This document shows, one piece after another, positions 13,060 to 25,220 of a stretch of DNA of 64,000 nt (its first letter is position 1; each line of letters starts with the position of its first letter). The notes below the pieces were generated by a model, which worked only from the letters and a program-made list of their open reading frames with translations, made no database searches and was not told the origin of the DNA. The DNA is from Takakia lepidozioides (lineage: Eukaryota > Plantae > Bryophyta): positions 6,510,001-6,574,000 of the forward strand of contig CM060731.1 of the NCBI GenBank assembly GCA_030704615.1, read 5' to 3'. A program made the position numbers and the translations under genes.

Positions 13060-16000
13060 TTAATCTTGAAAATCATCCGAATCCTCATCCTGTTCTAGAC
13101 TGTCCTGCTCATCCTCCACCCCCTCAGTGCCTCTCTCATCTCCAGCGGACTGCTCGTTGGCCAGGCTGTCGAAAATCCCATCTTCCCCTTGCGGAACTGT
13201 CCATCTCACCTCCGTTGGGTCGTCTTCCTCCCTGTCTGCGTCGCTCTCATCCACTGAATCACATATGTACTTTCGTACCCGTCTACCTGTCTGAGCTGCT
13301 GCCAACTCTTTCCTTATCCTTCTGTCCTCCCTAGCCCTCTCCAAAATCTGCTCTACTTTACTGGGATTCTCACTTCTTCTAATTGCTGTATTTGCGAGTT
13401 TAGCTGCATAACTAGGAAGGGAGTAGTCCCTCACCGGGCTCGTCATGAAATCGGCCCTCGCAAAGAACGGGACATTCTTCCTGGCAGGAAGTGTAGGCCC
13501 TACATGTTTCGACCCGGACCCTGCTATCCTGCACATGACAATCATCAACGAGACTAATGAGAACCACAGTCGGGAAATTCGTTTGACATAAATGACCCAG
13601 AAGGCTTTGCAAACTTACAATGTTTGCACTCACTCGTATTCCGGGTTCTCCTCCGCATCAATGTCCACTGTGTCTTCCTCGGACTCCGACGAATCCGAGG
13701 AGACTTCCGCTCTGTCGGGAGCCTTCACATTCCGTTGCAGCCCCTCCAGATGGGATCCCCACACGGATGAATCCTCCTCGTAGGCAAAGAGGTGCCGGTC
13801 GGAAAACCGCCCAGCCCACATTGAGGCACCTGTTACAATGCCATCCACACATTACCACATGGCGCTTCAGATGTTGCGAACTACATCCTAACGAGAATTT
13901 GCAGAACAGCATAGATCAAGATTCTGCATACCTGTCCCACAGATGAGGTCGAGCACTGTGCCCTCCACGTCTGTGCATGTCTCCATAATTGTCTGAATGA
14001 AGGCAGGGCTCCGAGTCCGTGAGTACCGCAGGGGTTCCGTTGAAGTGAGGCTATGAGGGAGAAGTTCCTTGGGAACGTTGTTGAACAGAACGTCGTAATC
14101 GAGTGGGTCGCAGTTCGGGTCAACCTTTCCTCCCTCCTTCCGGAAAGCAAAGGTGGAGTTCTCCTTCACAAAGCAGTATGCATCGAACTGCTTCGTCTGC
14201 ATACACAGGGGGAAAACGATTAGAAACCGAATGCGGCACCGCATTTGAAAACACCCAAGCAAATGAATGGACGAGTGCCAGTGTCGTAATCACCTTCTTC
14301 CCTTCCGACCGAAGGCCCAGTGTGTTGATGCACGTCCACTTCTTTTTCAGAATCGGGACGGCGCTCTTGCGGGTCCACTTCGCAATTCCTGTCTGAGTGT
14401 TTTTTCCTCTGCTCGCCAGGACAACCACACAGCCTCTGTCGTCCAACACCATGCGGGCAAGCCCGAATCCTTTCTTCCAAAAGTCCTCCGAGTACCTGTT
14501 CCAAGATGGCAAAGCTTGCAGTCCTTCCACAGGCTCTCCGTCCGGAATATCCAAGATGATCATATCGCAAGACCACTCGGTGGCATTTCCGCCCCTCCTA
14601 CAATCCTTGTCTGCACACACCCTCTCAAAGAACGAGACCATATTCTGAAATCCTGGGGTGTCGGAAGGCTCTTCGGCAGTCGCCTTCTTCAGTGCTCTGC
14701 CCTTCAGACCCTCCATGGTCTTCAGGTATGCCAACTTGGCTGCCCGTCCATCCAAAGCCACCAAGAAACTCTCATTTACACACTGGACTACAGTTTCGGG
14801 AGCCACTTTCGGCCTCTTCATTTCCACCGGCTCGAAAGGGTGCCCCCCTGGGGGGTTGAAGAGTGCCTTCTTTGCCGAGCCAGTTCTCGTGCCTCTGGTG
14901 ACAACGGTGGGCACAGGGGAGGCAGCCTGCGTTTGGGGGGGTGGGCTGGTTGCAAAGTCTCCATCGGAGTCCTCTTCCTCACCCTCTTCCTGAACAGGCT
15001 GTTTCTGCTTCTTCGTTTTGGCGGGTGTCACAACAGCTGCTCCTTGCTGGCGAGTCCTCTTCTTCGACCCCTTCTGTTGGGCCTGCACAGCTGCATCCAC
15101 CGTCTTTTGTGCCATCTCAGCTGCCTTTCTGGATTCTTCCAGAGCAGCAGATTCCTTTGCCGACTTTGGCCCAGCAGGGACACGTCTTTCCTTTCTCTTC
15201 TCTTCTGCCAAGGCGTGCAGATCTTTCTCAGACTCGTCAACAATACCGCCAGACATGTCCAGGTACCACGGGCATCCAACGAGATGCGCGGGATGCCATT
15301 GTTTCTGCATCTCGGGTGTGTAGACACAGCTTGGGCCCGCCACGGTCCAAGCCATGAAGAACGGGGGCTCTTGAGCCAGGGCCCCTGTCTGAAGGAGCAC
15401 GTATTTCATATACCTGCAAGGCAGTCAGCATGCGTGAGCAAAAGTTGAGACCAACCTACTGGCAGAGTGCCACCGAAAACATAAAATGCGAATGCGGTGC
15501 CGCATTTCCGAGACAAACCTCGTAACCAGGCTTCGCATACAAGGGCAGCTGTGCTTCACCTGTAAACAATTCGCATTGCAGCTTTCCCCGCTCCCTCCTG
15601 ATGTGTAAACTCCACGCTCCTTCTTGCTGTCTGTAGCTCTCTGGCGAAAAGGTTGTCCTTGTACGCACATCTGAAACGTGTCACGTAGTCTTCCAATGTC
15701 TGTGTTCCATCCCATTTGACGTACAAGCCGAACGAATTTGTGTGCATTACGACTTGCTCCTTCGCATTCGACATTACCTGCGATTCCCAAATCCATTGTC
15801 ACGTAGCAGTTCAGGGAATTCATGTCAGAAAAGCAAATCTGGGGAAGTACCTTGAATTACCTGGAACCACCAAGTCATACGGTTGAGCCACACATCCACT
15901 GCAGGGTCGGAAACTTCCAGTGGAAAAGACCACATTGTCCTTATGCTCTCGGATGCATTCCAGATCGACAGCCACCGTGTCTGCCATTTCCGATCCAATG

Positions 16001-18002
16001 TCAGGAGCTGGAAGAGAGTGGCTATTGCTAGGAAGGAACTTCAGTGCATTGAAACCTCACCTTCTCTTTCGCCTCCACACATGCCGTTGAGAGGTGATGC
16101 AGTTTCTCCAATTGCATGGTCGGCTGCATGGCCCGAGAATAGTGTTTTGCAATCTCGGGGATGAAGTCCTTTCCAAGTGCCGGATCTGCAATTGCCACCA
16201 GCTTCACAAGCTTTGACTTGTATTTGGTTCTGGACTTGACACCGGCTTCCTTCAAGTGCTCAGTCAATGACTGCAACGTTTTGACCTGCCCCTCACTTTC
16301 CATGAAGAAGCGTTTGGCATGGGCCAAATCCAGCTTGATGTTTGACTGCCAACAAAAACATGCAGAAGCGTTACATTCGATTCATGTGGAAAGATTACTG
16401 AAATTGGGGAAGGATGAGCAGAGGGAAATTGGAGGACGACTTACTTCGTATATCACCTCCACCATTCCATCCATAGTGAGACGATACCATGTCCGGTCTG
16501 TTTTTGCAACGGCTTTCTGAATGAGCTCGGGCTCCAGCATTTCCGCAAACATCTGCGGATCAGTGAGACCAGTTTTCCTCACCCTGTACAGCATGTGTGC
16601 CATGTGGGTATGCACGTACGCATTTTCAGTGACCCTGCAAGGCACACTCTCCAGTTCAGTACACGGAAGCACGGAAACAAACCAGAATGGAAACCGAAAT
16701 GCGGCACCGCATTTCGAACGTGCTAGGGAGGGTATGAGTATCTTACGAGTTGAGGTCCGCCATGGCATTCTTGAGCAGGGAGGAGTCTGCCGCCTTCACC
16801 TTCAGGATGACACACTCCACCATGTAATGCCAGCCAATGTGCTTGGCATGGTTCTGCTTGATGTACTCCCACCAGGCGAGAAGTCGGTGATTCCCGTCCC
16901 ACACAAAGAACATTTTACCCGACATATGGCCGAAGTCGGGATCACCCTTCAGCGTCGCCTCGAATTCGTGGTTGCGAGTGTGCCAGTGGGTATCCCACGT
17001 TGACAATTCATCGGCAGTGGGTCCACGAGTTTCGCCGTCCTCATTCTCAATGGAAACGTAAAACGCTGCCGATCCCAGACGGTACCCTTCTCGAAATGCG
17101 AACTTGAGCTTATCCACATCTCCGGGAAGGGCCTGCCTGACGATGGGAAGGGAGACCATGCGACAGAGTGGGATTCGAAGAGTCCGCTGGAATACCCTGC
17201 TGCCCAGAACTCTGCCAATGCTACTGTGTGTCTCCTCCAACATTTTATCCGCTGCACTTTTGAAATCCTCCGGAGACATGTCTGTAGGTGCCGGTAGTGG
17301 CTGAGCAGCTGGAGCATCCTCAACTGGAGCTGCACTCTGGGGCCTGTGTGCGGGCAATTCTGCCATTGCAGAGGCCTCCTCCGGGCCTGCTTGCTCATCG
17401 GTGGTGAGGTCTTGCTGCGAAAGTTGAGCGGCAGCACCCTCCTCCGGTACCAAATCGAGATCAACGGTCGATCCCATTGCCTTCGCTGCAGCAGAGTCGG
17501 CCCCAACATCTGCAGGCGGGAAATCCTCCAGGAACTGAGCTTCAGCTCGTGGAAGCGGTTTTGCGGGAGATTGTTCGCCCGTCGCCCTGATTGCCTTCTG
17601 CTTCCTCATCCTTGCAGGTGAAGGTGTCTGCTGCAATTGAATCTGTCTTCTACCCTGCTGCTTCATTCGCGTTGGGGGGGGTGAATCGGCCTGAGCCGGT
17701 TCAGAAGCCAGTAGAGGGACGGGCTGCTTCTTCTTCGACTTTGCTGGAGAAGGGCCCGACCCCTGCTGGCGATTCTCCATGACCGAAGAACGCGAGTCGA
17801 TCTCTGGGACTTTGAACTTGCCCTTCGAAGACGCGTCTTTGAATCGCAGAGGGCTAGGCCCGGCAGGAATACCCGCGCTCGGGGATCGGGTGGGTGTACG
17901 TGCTGCAGCTAGCTCCTCGGACTCTTCCTGCGGCTCTTCGGATTCCTGCGATCCCTCCAGCACGTCCACCTTTCCTGTTAGGCATGCAAACATGTTCTGC
18001 AT
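13060..18002 (-). CDS. E2 multi-exon ParB/Srx-like domain + beta-class (N4C/N6A) DNA methyltransferase-like protein
   Basis: Approximate exons bounded by GT-AG: 18002-16747 (disordered N-terminus, then IPLCRM...VDKLK..FREGY...FFVWDGNHRLLAW = ParB-like DG.HR motif), 16634-16445, ~16345-16060, ~16008-15861, ~15778-15561, ~15412-14270 (CDMIILDIPDG...ARMVLDDRGCVVV), ~14196-13932 (TRSPAFIQTIMETCTDVEGTVLDLICGTG), ~13830-13632 (ASMWAGRFSDRHLFAYEED), ~13528-13060 (acidic tail). The true start and some junctions are uncertain. Confidence 0.75.
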
Positions 18003-18619
18003 TCAAGTCTCCTAGCATTCAGTCTAAGAATTACAGAAGCAAAATGGGGGGTTCGGTGCTCGATCAGCTGCGCGCAGCCCGATCGCATGGAGCTCTCACT
18101 GGTGGCTGGGTTGCCTGAGTGGCCTGCTGCTCGGAGATGGCAATCTCCTCCTGTAGACGCATCTGCTTCCTCCCCTTCGGCATTGGCCTACGTCCGAAGT
18201 ATAATTTCCGGAGCTTGCGACGAGGTCTCCTGGCTGGTGCACGAACTCCCCCCCTCTCAGGTTCGAGCATAAGAAGAACAGAGAGAGGGAAAAGGGCCAA
18301 AGAGTGCAGATGGAAAGGGCGCGAGAGGGGTGACTGAGGAGACACGACAAAAGTAGATGAAACGGCGGTGATGCACCACTTGGGTTCGAAAGGGTTGGAC
18401 GAAAGTGTCTCCTCGGGGAGTTTGCGTCATTACGAAATTCGAATCGTTGAGGGTACGCCTGCCGTCCGAAAAACAAACATCATTATCGAACGGTCAGGCC
18501 GCGCCGCCTCATGCCCCTTCAGTCAGATAGAGTGCCGACATGTGCAGCAATTCCGTTGCTCCACGTGTTCACATTTCAAGGTATTTCCGTCCCAGCGTCT
18601 GATCAGTTGGAGCGAAAAT

Positions 18620-20335
18620 GCGAATGCGGCGCCGCATTTCCGTTAAGTACCATCACGCTACACATCCGTACTTGTTGGAAGAAAATGCGGCACCGCATTT
18701 CCGTTCCACCTTCACATACCTTAGTTGTTGAACGGAAATACGGTGCCGCATTTCCGTCCCACAGCTCCAAGTATGAGATTCAAAAGGGAAATGCGGCGCC
18801 GCATTTCCGTTCTGGAATGTCGAAAGGTGCGATTGGGACGGGAATGAGGCACAACATTTCAGTTCCCGTGGTTCATGATTTTCAATGTGAACGGAAATGC
18901 GGTACCGCATTTCCGTTCCCACTTCACATCCGTTAGATGATGAATGGAAATGCCGTGCCACATTTCCGTTCGGGAAAGTATAGAGGTCTCACCTGGACAG
19001 AAATGCGGTGCCGCATTTCCGGTCCGGAAAGTTTGAAGGTCTCACATGGATGGAAATGCGGGTACACATTTTCGTAGCACAGCTCCAGGCCCAATATACA
19101 AAACGGAAATGCGGCGCCGCATTTCCGTTCTAGAATGTCGGAAGGTGCGACTCGAACGGAAATGCGGTGCCGGATTTCTGTTCCCGTTGCGCACGATTTT
19201 CAGTCAGAATGGAAATGCGGTACCGCATTTCCGTTCTGTAGAGTATTAACGTCTGACGCTGGCGGAAATTCCGTGCCGCATTTTCGTTCCACAGCTCCAT
19301 GCCTCACATACAAAACGGAAATGCGGCGCCGCATTTCCGTTTGGAATGTCGGAAGGTGCGACTCCCACGGAAATGCGGTACCGCATTTCAGTTCCGAGGT
19401 TTCAGGATATTTCATCAGAACGGAAATGCGGTGCCGCATTTCCCTTTTGAATCTAATACATTCCGTTCTGGAATGTTGGGAGGTGCGACTCGGATGGAAA
19501 TGCGTTGCCGCATTTCAGTTCCGATGGTTCACGATTTTCAGTCAGAACGGAAATGCGGTACCGCATTTCCGTTCTGAAATGTTGGTAGGTGCGACTCGGA
19601 TGGAAATACGGTGCCGCATTTTAGTTCAGATGGTTCACGATTTTCAGTCAGAACGGAAATGCGTTGCCGCATTTCCGTTCTGGATAGTATGAATGTCTCA
19701 AGCGGTCGGAATTGCGCTGTATGAAGCTGTCGGAATCGCACTCGGCTCCATGCATCAGATACAAAATGGAAATGCGGCGCCGCATTTCCGTTCTGGAATG
19801 TCGAAAAGTGCGACTCGGACGGAAATGCGGTGCCGCATTTCTGTTCCCGTTGTTCGTAAATCTCAATCAGAACGGAAATGCGGTACCGCATTTCCGGTAC
19901 CGCATTTCCGTTCCACCTTCACATACCGTGCTTGTGGAATGAAAATGCGGTACCGCATTTCCGTTCTGGAGAGTATGAATGTCTTTTAAGGACGGAAATG
20001 TGCTGCAGCATTTCAATCCCTCAGCTCCATGCATCAGATACAAAATGGAAATGCGGCGGCGCTTTCCGTTCTGAAATGTCGGAAAAGTGCGACTCGGACG
20101 GAAATGCGGTGCCGCATTTCTGTTCCCGTTGTTCATAAATCTCAATCAGAACGGAAATGCGGTACCGCATTTCCGTTCGACCTTCACATACCGTGCTTGC
20201 TGGATGGAAATGCGTTACCGCATTTCCGTTCTGGAGAGTATAAAGGTTTCCCCCGGACGGAAACTCGGTGCCGCATTTCCGTCGCTCTGGTGCATGACCA
20301 AGATGCAATACGGAAATGCGGCGCCGTATTTTCGT
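18620..20335. repeat. E2 central array: ~30 copies of the 22-bp palindrome on a 53-bp period with ~5 recurring spacer classes
   Basis: Central hexamers start at 18689, 18742, 18795, 18848, 18901, 18954, 19007, 19060, 19113, 19166, 19219, 19272, 19325, 19377, 19430; 19504, 19557, 19610, 19663; 19776, 19829, 19882; 19949, 20002, 20055, 20108, 20161, 20214, 20267, 20320. Confidence 0.95.
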
Positions 20336-20753
20336 CCACCAGCAATCGAAAGAATCACTCGGGACGGGAAATCTGGAACCTGAATGGGTTGCATTGTTCC
20401 GAAACAACACAATTGCGGCCAGTCTTGATGAGCACAACTTGGTTGTCTGACCGTTTTAACCAGCAGTCCTGGCACTTGTCAGTGCGAACGTTCCTGTCTG
20501 CACCGAGAATACTGCTGGATCCACCCTCAGGAGAAACTGTCAGGATCGTCGCCGAATCGGCCATCATTGTCATACTCACTGGCTATGGAATCAAACCTCC
20601 CACCTTCATGCATGTAGCTTGAAACAATACTTTCCACTTCAATGTGCGACTTCCAATCGTCGATGGACTCCGCAGATCCACTTAGATGGTGCCTGTGAGC
20701 CTTGGTCTGTCGCTATACTGAACCTCGCACTTGCCAACTCCGTGCGGTGTTCG

Positions 20754-23700
20754 ATGGCTCCGAATTCCTACGCTATAGTTTGCTGTCCTCCGCAACTTGG
20801 GAGAGCCTGGATCCCAAACGAGGGAGGACTTTGCAGAGTGACTGAAACTTACCTTTGTTCCAAATTCAAGCTCAAACCGGGCACAGTTTATTTGGAAGAA
20901 GAAAGGAAGGATGTTCCTGGACAGGTTGACGAGACCATTGTCGTGCTAGGTAACGACGGAGGTTGCGGAATCGAATGGCACGTTCCCCCGTCAGACACCA
21001 TCCTGTACCGAGCTGTGGGAATGCCCATTCCCTTTCCGAATCAGTCGCTGCCCACACCATCCACAAAGGAGTCCGGAAACCGAGAGGCGGCCACTGCCAA
21101 CAGAGAGGTATGCAACGATAATCATTCCCGACCTGGACCGTCAAGACCCTCCATAGCTTCTCGTGTGGACGTATTCGACATTTCCGACGAGGAAGATGAT
21201 TGCATTGAGGTACCCATGTCCTCCACACGGTCGTTCAAATCCGGCATGGACGTCTCTGTAGGTGCTACGCATGTGCCCTCGAGCATAACTCCAACCCGGT
21301 CCATTGTGCAGCTCCTACGACAACATCACCTCGATGGTTCTCGCTCCGAGCTGGCTGCTCTCGACTATGCCAAATTCCCAGTCAGAAAGGTAACGTTTCT
21401 GCCTCCCGAAGTCGATGGCAATGTCATCTTCGAGTTTCCACCTGTTTCTTCGTCAAAGAAAGCCTCCGGGATGTTAACAGACATGGATCGAAAGCATGAC
21501 GGACACCCCTGGTGTGTGACGAAGACCAGTAGCACGAAAATTGCTGATGGTGTTCGTGTACGATATGTCCTCTGTGCGGGGAAGCTGAGGTGCCTCAATC
21601 CCACCTGCTTCCACTTTCTCTCCAAAGGAGGGCGGAGAAACGAGACGGATTGGACTGGCACAACGCATCATCCATTCATTGTCTCCAGCCAAGCTCCTGC
21701 GGGTTCTTTCAAGTGTGCACATTGCAAAGAACCACCGACGTGCATGTCCATGTGCAGAGCCAAGCAATATTACGTTATCCATTTGCTCCCGGACTTGACT
21801 AGAGCTTGCATACACGTTGGGGTCCACTGCCACCCCTTGGCGAGAGGCAACATGCGTGAGGCTGTGCAGGAAGCACACGACATCATAAAAGAGGAGGTGA
21901 AATTGAGCCCCGGAGCCAGACCAAAGCAGATTCAGCTGAAGGCAGCCCACAAGATTGCTCTTGGCAAAATCATGTCTGAAGATGGTTCCGACCGAGAGCC
22001 CTTGACCGAAGACGAGATGCGTGACCTCTTGGAGTCCGTCTCGCACGTTTGTAGTCCGAATGTGCGGAATCACATCGTATCTTGCAAGCAGGAGTTCGGC
22101 AGGGGGTCGGACATGTACTCAATCCTGGAGGTGAAACGAATGACTGGATATGACTACATCCAAGGTAGCAGGTTTCCAGGGCAAGGCAGCGAATCCGATC
22201 GTTGTTACATTTTCAAAATGTCGACGTGTGGGCCTGGGAGTGGAGTCGACTTGGTCACTCGCATGACAACTGGAAACTTGTCGAATGCTTGGGTGATGTT
22301 TGATCACATCAAGCGAATTACAAACCATCAGTGGGTGACTATGGGTGCGCATGTTTATGACTATCACTCCAAGAGGCTCATGACGATTGCAATCTGCGAG
22401 ATGAAAGGGGAGGACACACAGTCCGAGATGCATCTGTGGGAGGGCATAAACGAGCAGATGGCAAGGGCGGGATTGCCAGAGCCCAATTTCAGGGGATTCA
22501 TGGCAGACAACGCTCAGGCCAACTGGGCAGCGGTGCGGCGTGTGTACGGTGAGGACCCCAATGTTCCAATGGAGGGGAAAGAGAGATCCTGTGGATTCCA
22601 TTGGATGCAGAGTCTATCCCACTACACTACCAAATTTGTTGCTAGCTCATTCCAGGCTGAACACCGTGTCCTTTGTACGGCGTGGAAGGATGCACCCACA
22701 TTTGATGACGCGGAGGTTAAGTTTGCTATCATCGAGGCTTGGTGGAACACGTCAGGTGCAGTGGAGACAACCAATCTGGGAGCATTGCACAGCTGGTTGG
22801 GGTGGTGGCATTTTCGGTATCGACAGTTCGGACAGTACATGCGGGAGGTAGGCTGCTGTCAATTTCGTTCATTTGTCTTTCTGTTACGGACATTTCGATT
22901 GGTCCCTCACCATTGTTTGTGTCCTTCTAGGAGCGGTGCTTGGATTCCGACACGGACATGCCGAACACGAATATGGCAGAATCGGTCCACTCCTCCTGGC
23001 GAGCGTCTTCTGCCGCACATCTGGTGGACGTAGTGACGGCCACAACGGAGGACATCGACAGAGCAATCATGCAGCAAGCCACGTACTACAAGTTCCTGAG
23101 CGGCAAACAATGGGGCTTTGGGCCGGACAGGGAGGAATTGTTGGTACGAACAGCTTCGAGGTCCAAGAATCCAGTGAAATGGGCGACAACATTGCGAGAG
23201 AAGATCAAAGGGACGCCTCTGCACCGCAGAGGTGAACACCTAGAGGGGGACGTCCGGACTCGCCCTGTCAGGCGGAGGATTGAAGAGGAACCCGGGTGCG
23301 AAGAGGATTCCTGGAGATCCGACAGGAACATTCGGACAGCACCTCGAGGTCCCGTCATGTTGCCGCACAATGTGTCTTCCAGCAGTGGAAGCCCAAGAAA
23401 TTCCAGATCGCCGTCGCCTTCAACCGGGGATTTCGTGCAACAAATTCCCACCGCTCCCTTGCCCCACATTCCGCCCGCTGTTATGCAGTATGGCCAAGCC
23501 ATTGTGGAGACGACTGTGTCTGCATCACAGTGGAGAATTGCTCGCACAAAGCCGTCGTTTCGAGGAAGGTGTTCCGCAATTCGTGTGGATACACGGCAAC
23601 GTTGTTTAGAGATGATAAGGAGGAATCCAGATGGGGCTGTCCCTGCTCCTACTTTTACAGGAAGATTTGTCCATGCAAAGTTTGCGGAGGCGACAACCAC

Positions 23701-24361
23701 CCAGTTCTGGTTCTGCAGGCACGACATTATGACTTGCGTGTATGGAAAGCCCAAGTACGGCATACAAACAATGCCAGAGGCTCCCCCGGTGTGGCCGGTG
23801 GAACCAGGCTGCGATCTGAGTCAGGTTGAGGCCGACGCCCTTACCGCCGCAGGATTTCGGATGGTGCAGCGCACTGACGTCCCCAGAGAACCATTTCCGC
23901 TTCCACAGCCTCCACCACCGACCCCTGTGAGAGCAAGAACAATGGGACACGACAGCTCTAAGCATCCTACACACCGTTGGGGGAAACCGAAGAGGCGGCG
24001 ACCTCCCTCAAAAGTGAACGAGACAAGGATGGGGAATGCACTTCGGATGAACTGTACAATCCAGAGCTCGACAGAAGTGCCCCCACCAGGATTCGGGCGT
24101 GTGTATCAAATGGCCACGGCGGGCTCAGCTGTTCGCAATGAGGTGTACACCATCACCATTTCAGAATTACCCACCTGCAATTGCACCGACTTCCAGATCA
24201 TGGCGAACAAGGGGGCATCATACTGCCCTTGCAAGCATTTGTACTACGTGTACCTAAAGAGACTCCGTTGTAATTCCACAACTCATCACTTCATACATGC
24301 ACCAGGGTTGAGCCCCCAGGAGGTTCACACTCTTCTGAATATGGATCCAGGGGACCAGTGA
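20754..24361 (+). CDS. E2 MULE-like transposase, 2 exons (20754-22847, 22931-24361), ~1174 aa
   Basis: An 83-nt phase-0 GT-AG intron joins two long open frames. GCM/WRKY-like Zn domain (DGHPW...CAGKLRCLNPTC...CAHC...HVGVHCHP). DDE residues WVMF(D), FMA(D)NA and TNMA(E)SVHS with a CGFH (CxxH) motif, as in Mutator-superfamily transposases. C-terminal SWIM CNC...CKH. Confidence 0.9.
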
Positions 24362-25139
24362 GCTTGGCTTGCGGTCCACATACAATGGTACGCCCATCCT
24401 TTTCGGATAGTAGAACTGTACTGCTGCCAGTACCTCAGACTCTGGCCACACAAAGGTCCGACATATGTCTTGCCTACCAGTAACCTGTTTTGCTCGAACT
24501 AAGATATTACTATATCGTTCACTTGTTTCCACGTGCATGTATTTTTGTATGTTGGAGGGTTCATGTTTTTCTGCTTTCCGAAAACTTGCTTTCCTCATTC
24601 GACCTCCGACAAGGAAATGCGGCGCCGCATTTCCAAGTATCGTCGTAGGTACCCCCAGAGGCGGCCTTCGCCAACACCAAACCGCTCCGAAATTTCGCAC
24701 GTGCGAACCCTAATGCGGCACCCTATTTCCCAGTTCAGTTGCAAACCTTTCCCGCCGAATACCCGAAGAAGACAGAATTGTGAAGTACTGCAGACTGTAT
24801 TGGTGCAGACTCCATTGGTTCAATCGCGGCAAAAGGGTCAGCTTCATTCCAATGTTAAGGCATGTAAAACCGCGGAATACTCTATACAGGCCAGTATGCG
24901 ACGTCCTTTTGCAGTGGTATACTGGATTTCCCGTTGCACGGTCACTTATTTCCATGAGCGGATCTAAAAAACCATGAGCGGACTTGTTACTGACGACATA
25001 TCTTCGCCGCATTACATGATCTGGAACGTCCAAAAACGGCAAGGTCAAATAAAAAAACTATTATTTTAATACTTGTTTAATCTGCCGCATTTCCAAATTT
25101 GGAGGAGTCCGCTCATGAAATCCGCGTATCTTAGACTTC

Positions 25140-25220
25140 GGCTCACCGCTCATGCGGCTCATGCGGCTCATGGCTCATGGCTCATGGCTCATGGTTTCTG
25201 CTCATGAAATAGTAAACCTC
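25140..25220 (-). repeat. E2 right TIR plus tandem GCTCATG heptamers
   Basis: GCTCATGCGGCTCATGCGGCTCATGGCTCATGG...GCTCATGAAATAGTAAACCTC, the mirror of the left end. Confidence 0.85.

Larger units (their letters stand above)
9748..25220 (+). mobile_element. Element E2: apparently intact 15.5-kb MULE-like transposon with ParB-MTase cargo
   Basis: Left terminus GGGGGCTGCTATTTCATGAGC; right terminus reverse complement GAGGTTTACTATTTCATGAGC. Perfect 8-bp TSD CTTTGGAA at 9740-9747 and 25221-25228. Confidence 0.93.

Noticed and set aside
12068-13098. ORFs with repeated MRRRIS/KCGAAF/NAAPHF peptides (also 18368-20622)
   Set aside because: These are translations of the palindrome in all six frames, not proteins.
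14267-15448. 393-aa plus-strand ORF
   Set aside because: Antisense shadow of the MTase exon, with no counterpart in E1 or E3.
13060-18002. Bacterial or phage contamination as the source of the ParB-MTase
   Set aside because: The gene has GT-AG introns (one position shared between E2 and E3) and lies inside TSD-bounded elements nested with plant-type TEs.
18620-20335. True CRISPR array
   Set aside because: Spacers recur in ~5 related classes (higher-order duplication), there are no cas genes, and the same palindrome is dispersed in introns of a eukaryotic transposon.
20754-24361. KDZ/Zisupton or hAT assignment suggested by the 8-bp TSD and SWIM
   Set aside because: The D..D..CxxH..TN.aE spacing and GCM-like domain fit the Mutator superfamily. 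I saw no hAT dimerisation domain or KDZ-type motifs. Phylogeny is still needed.
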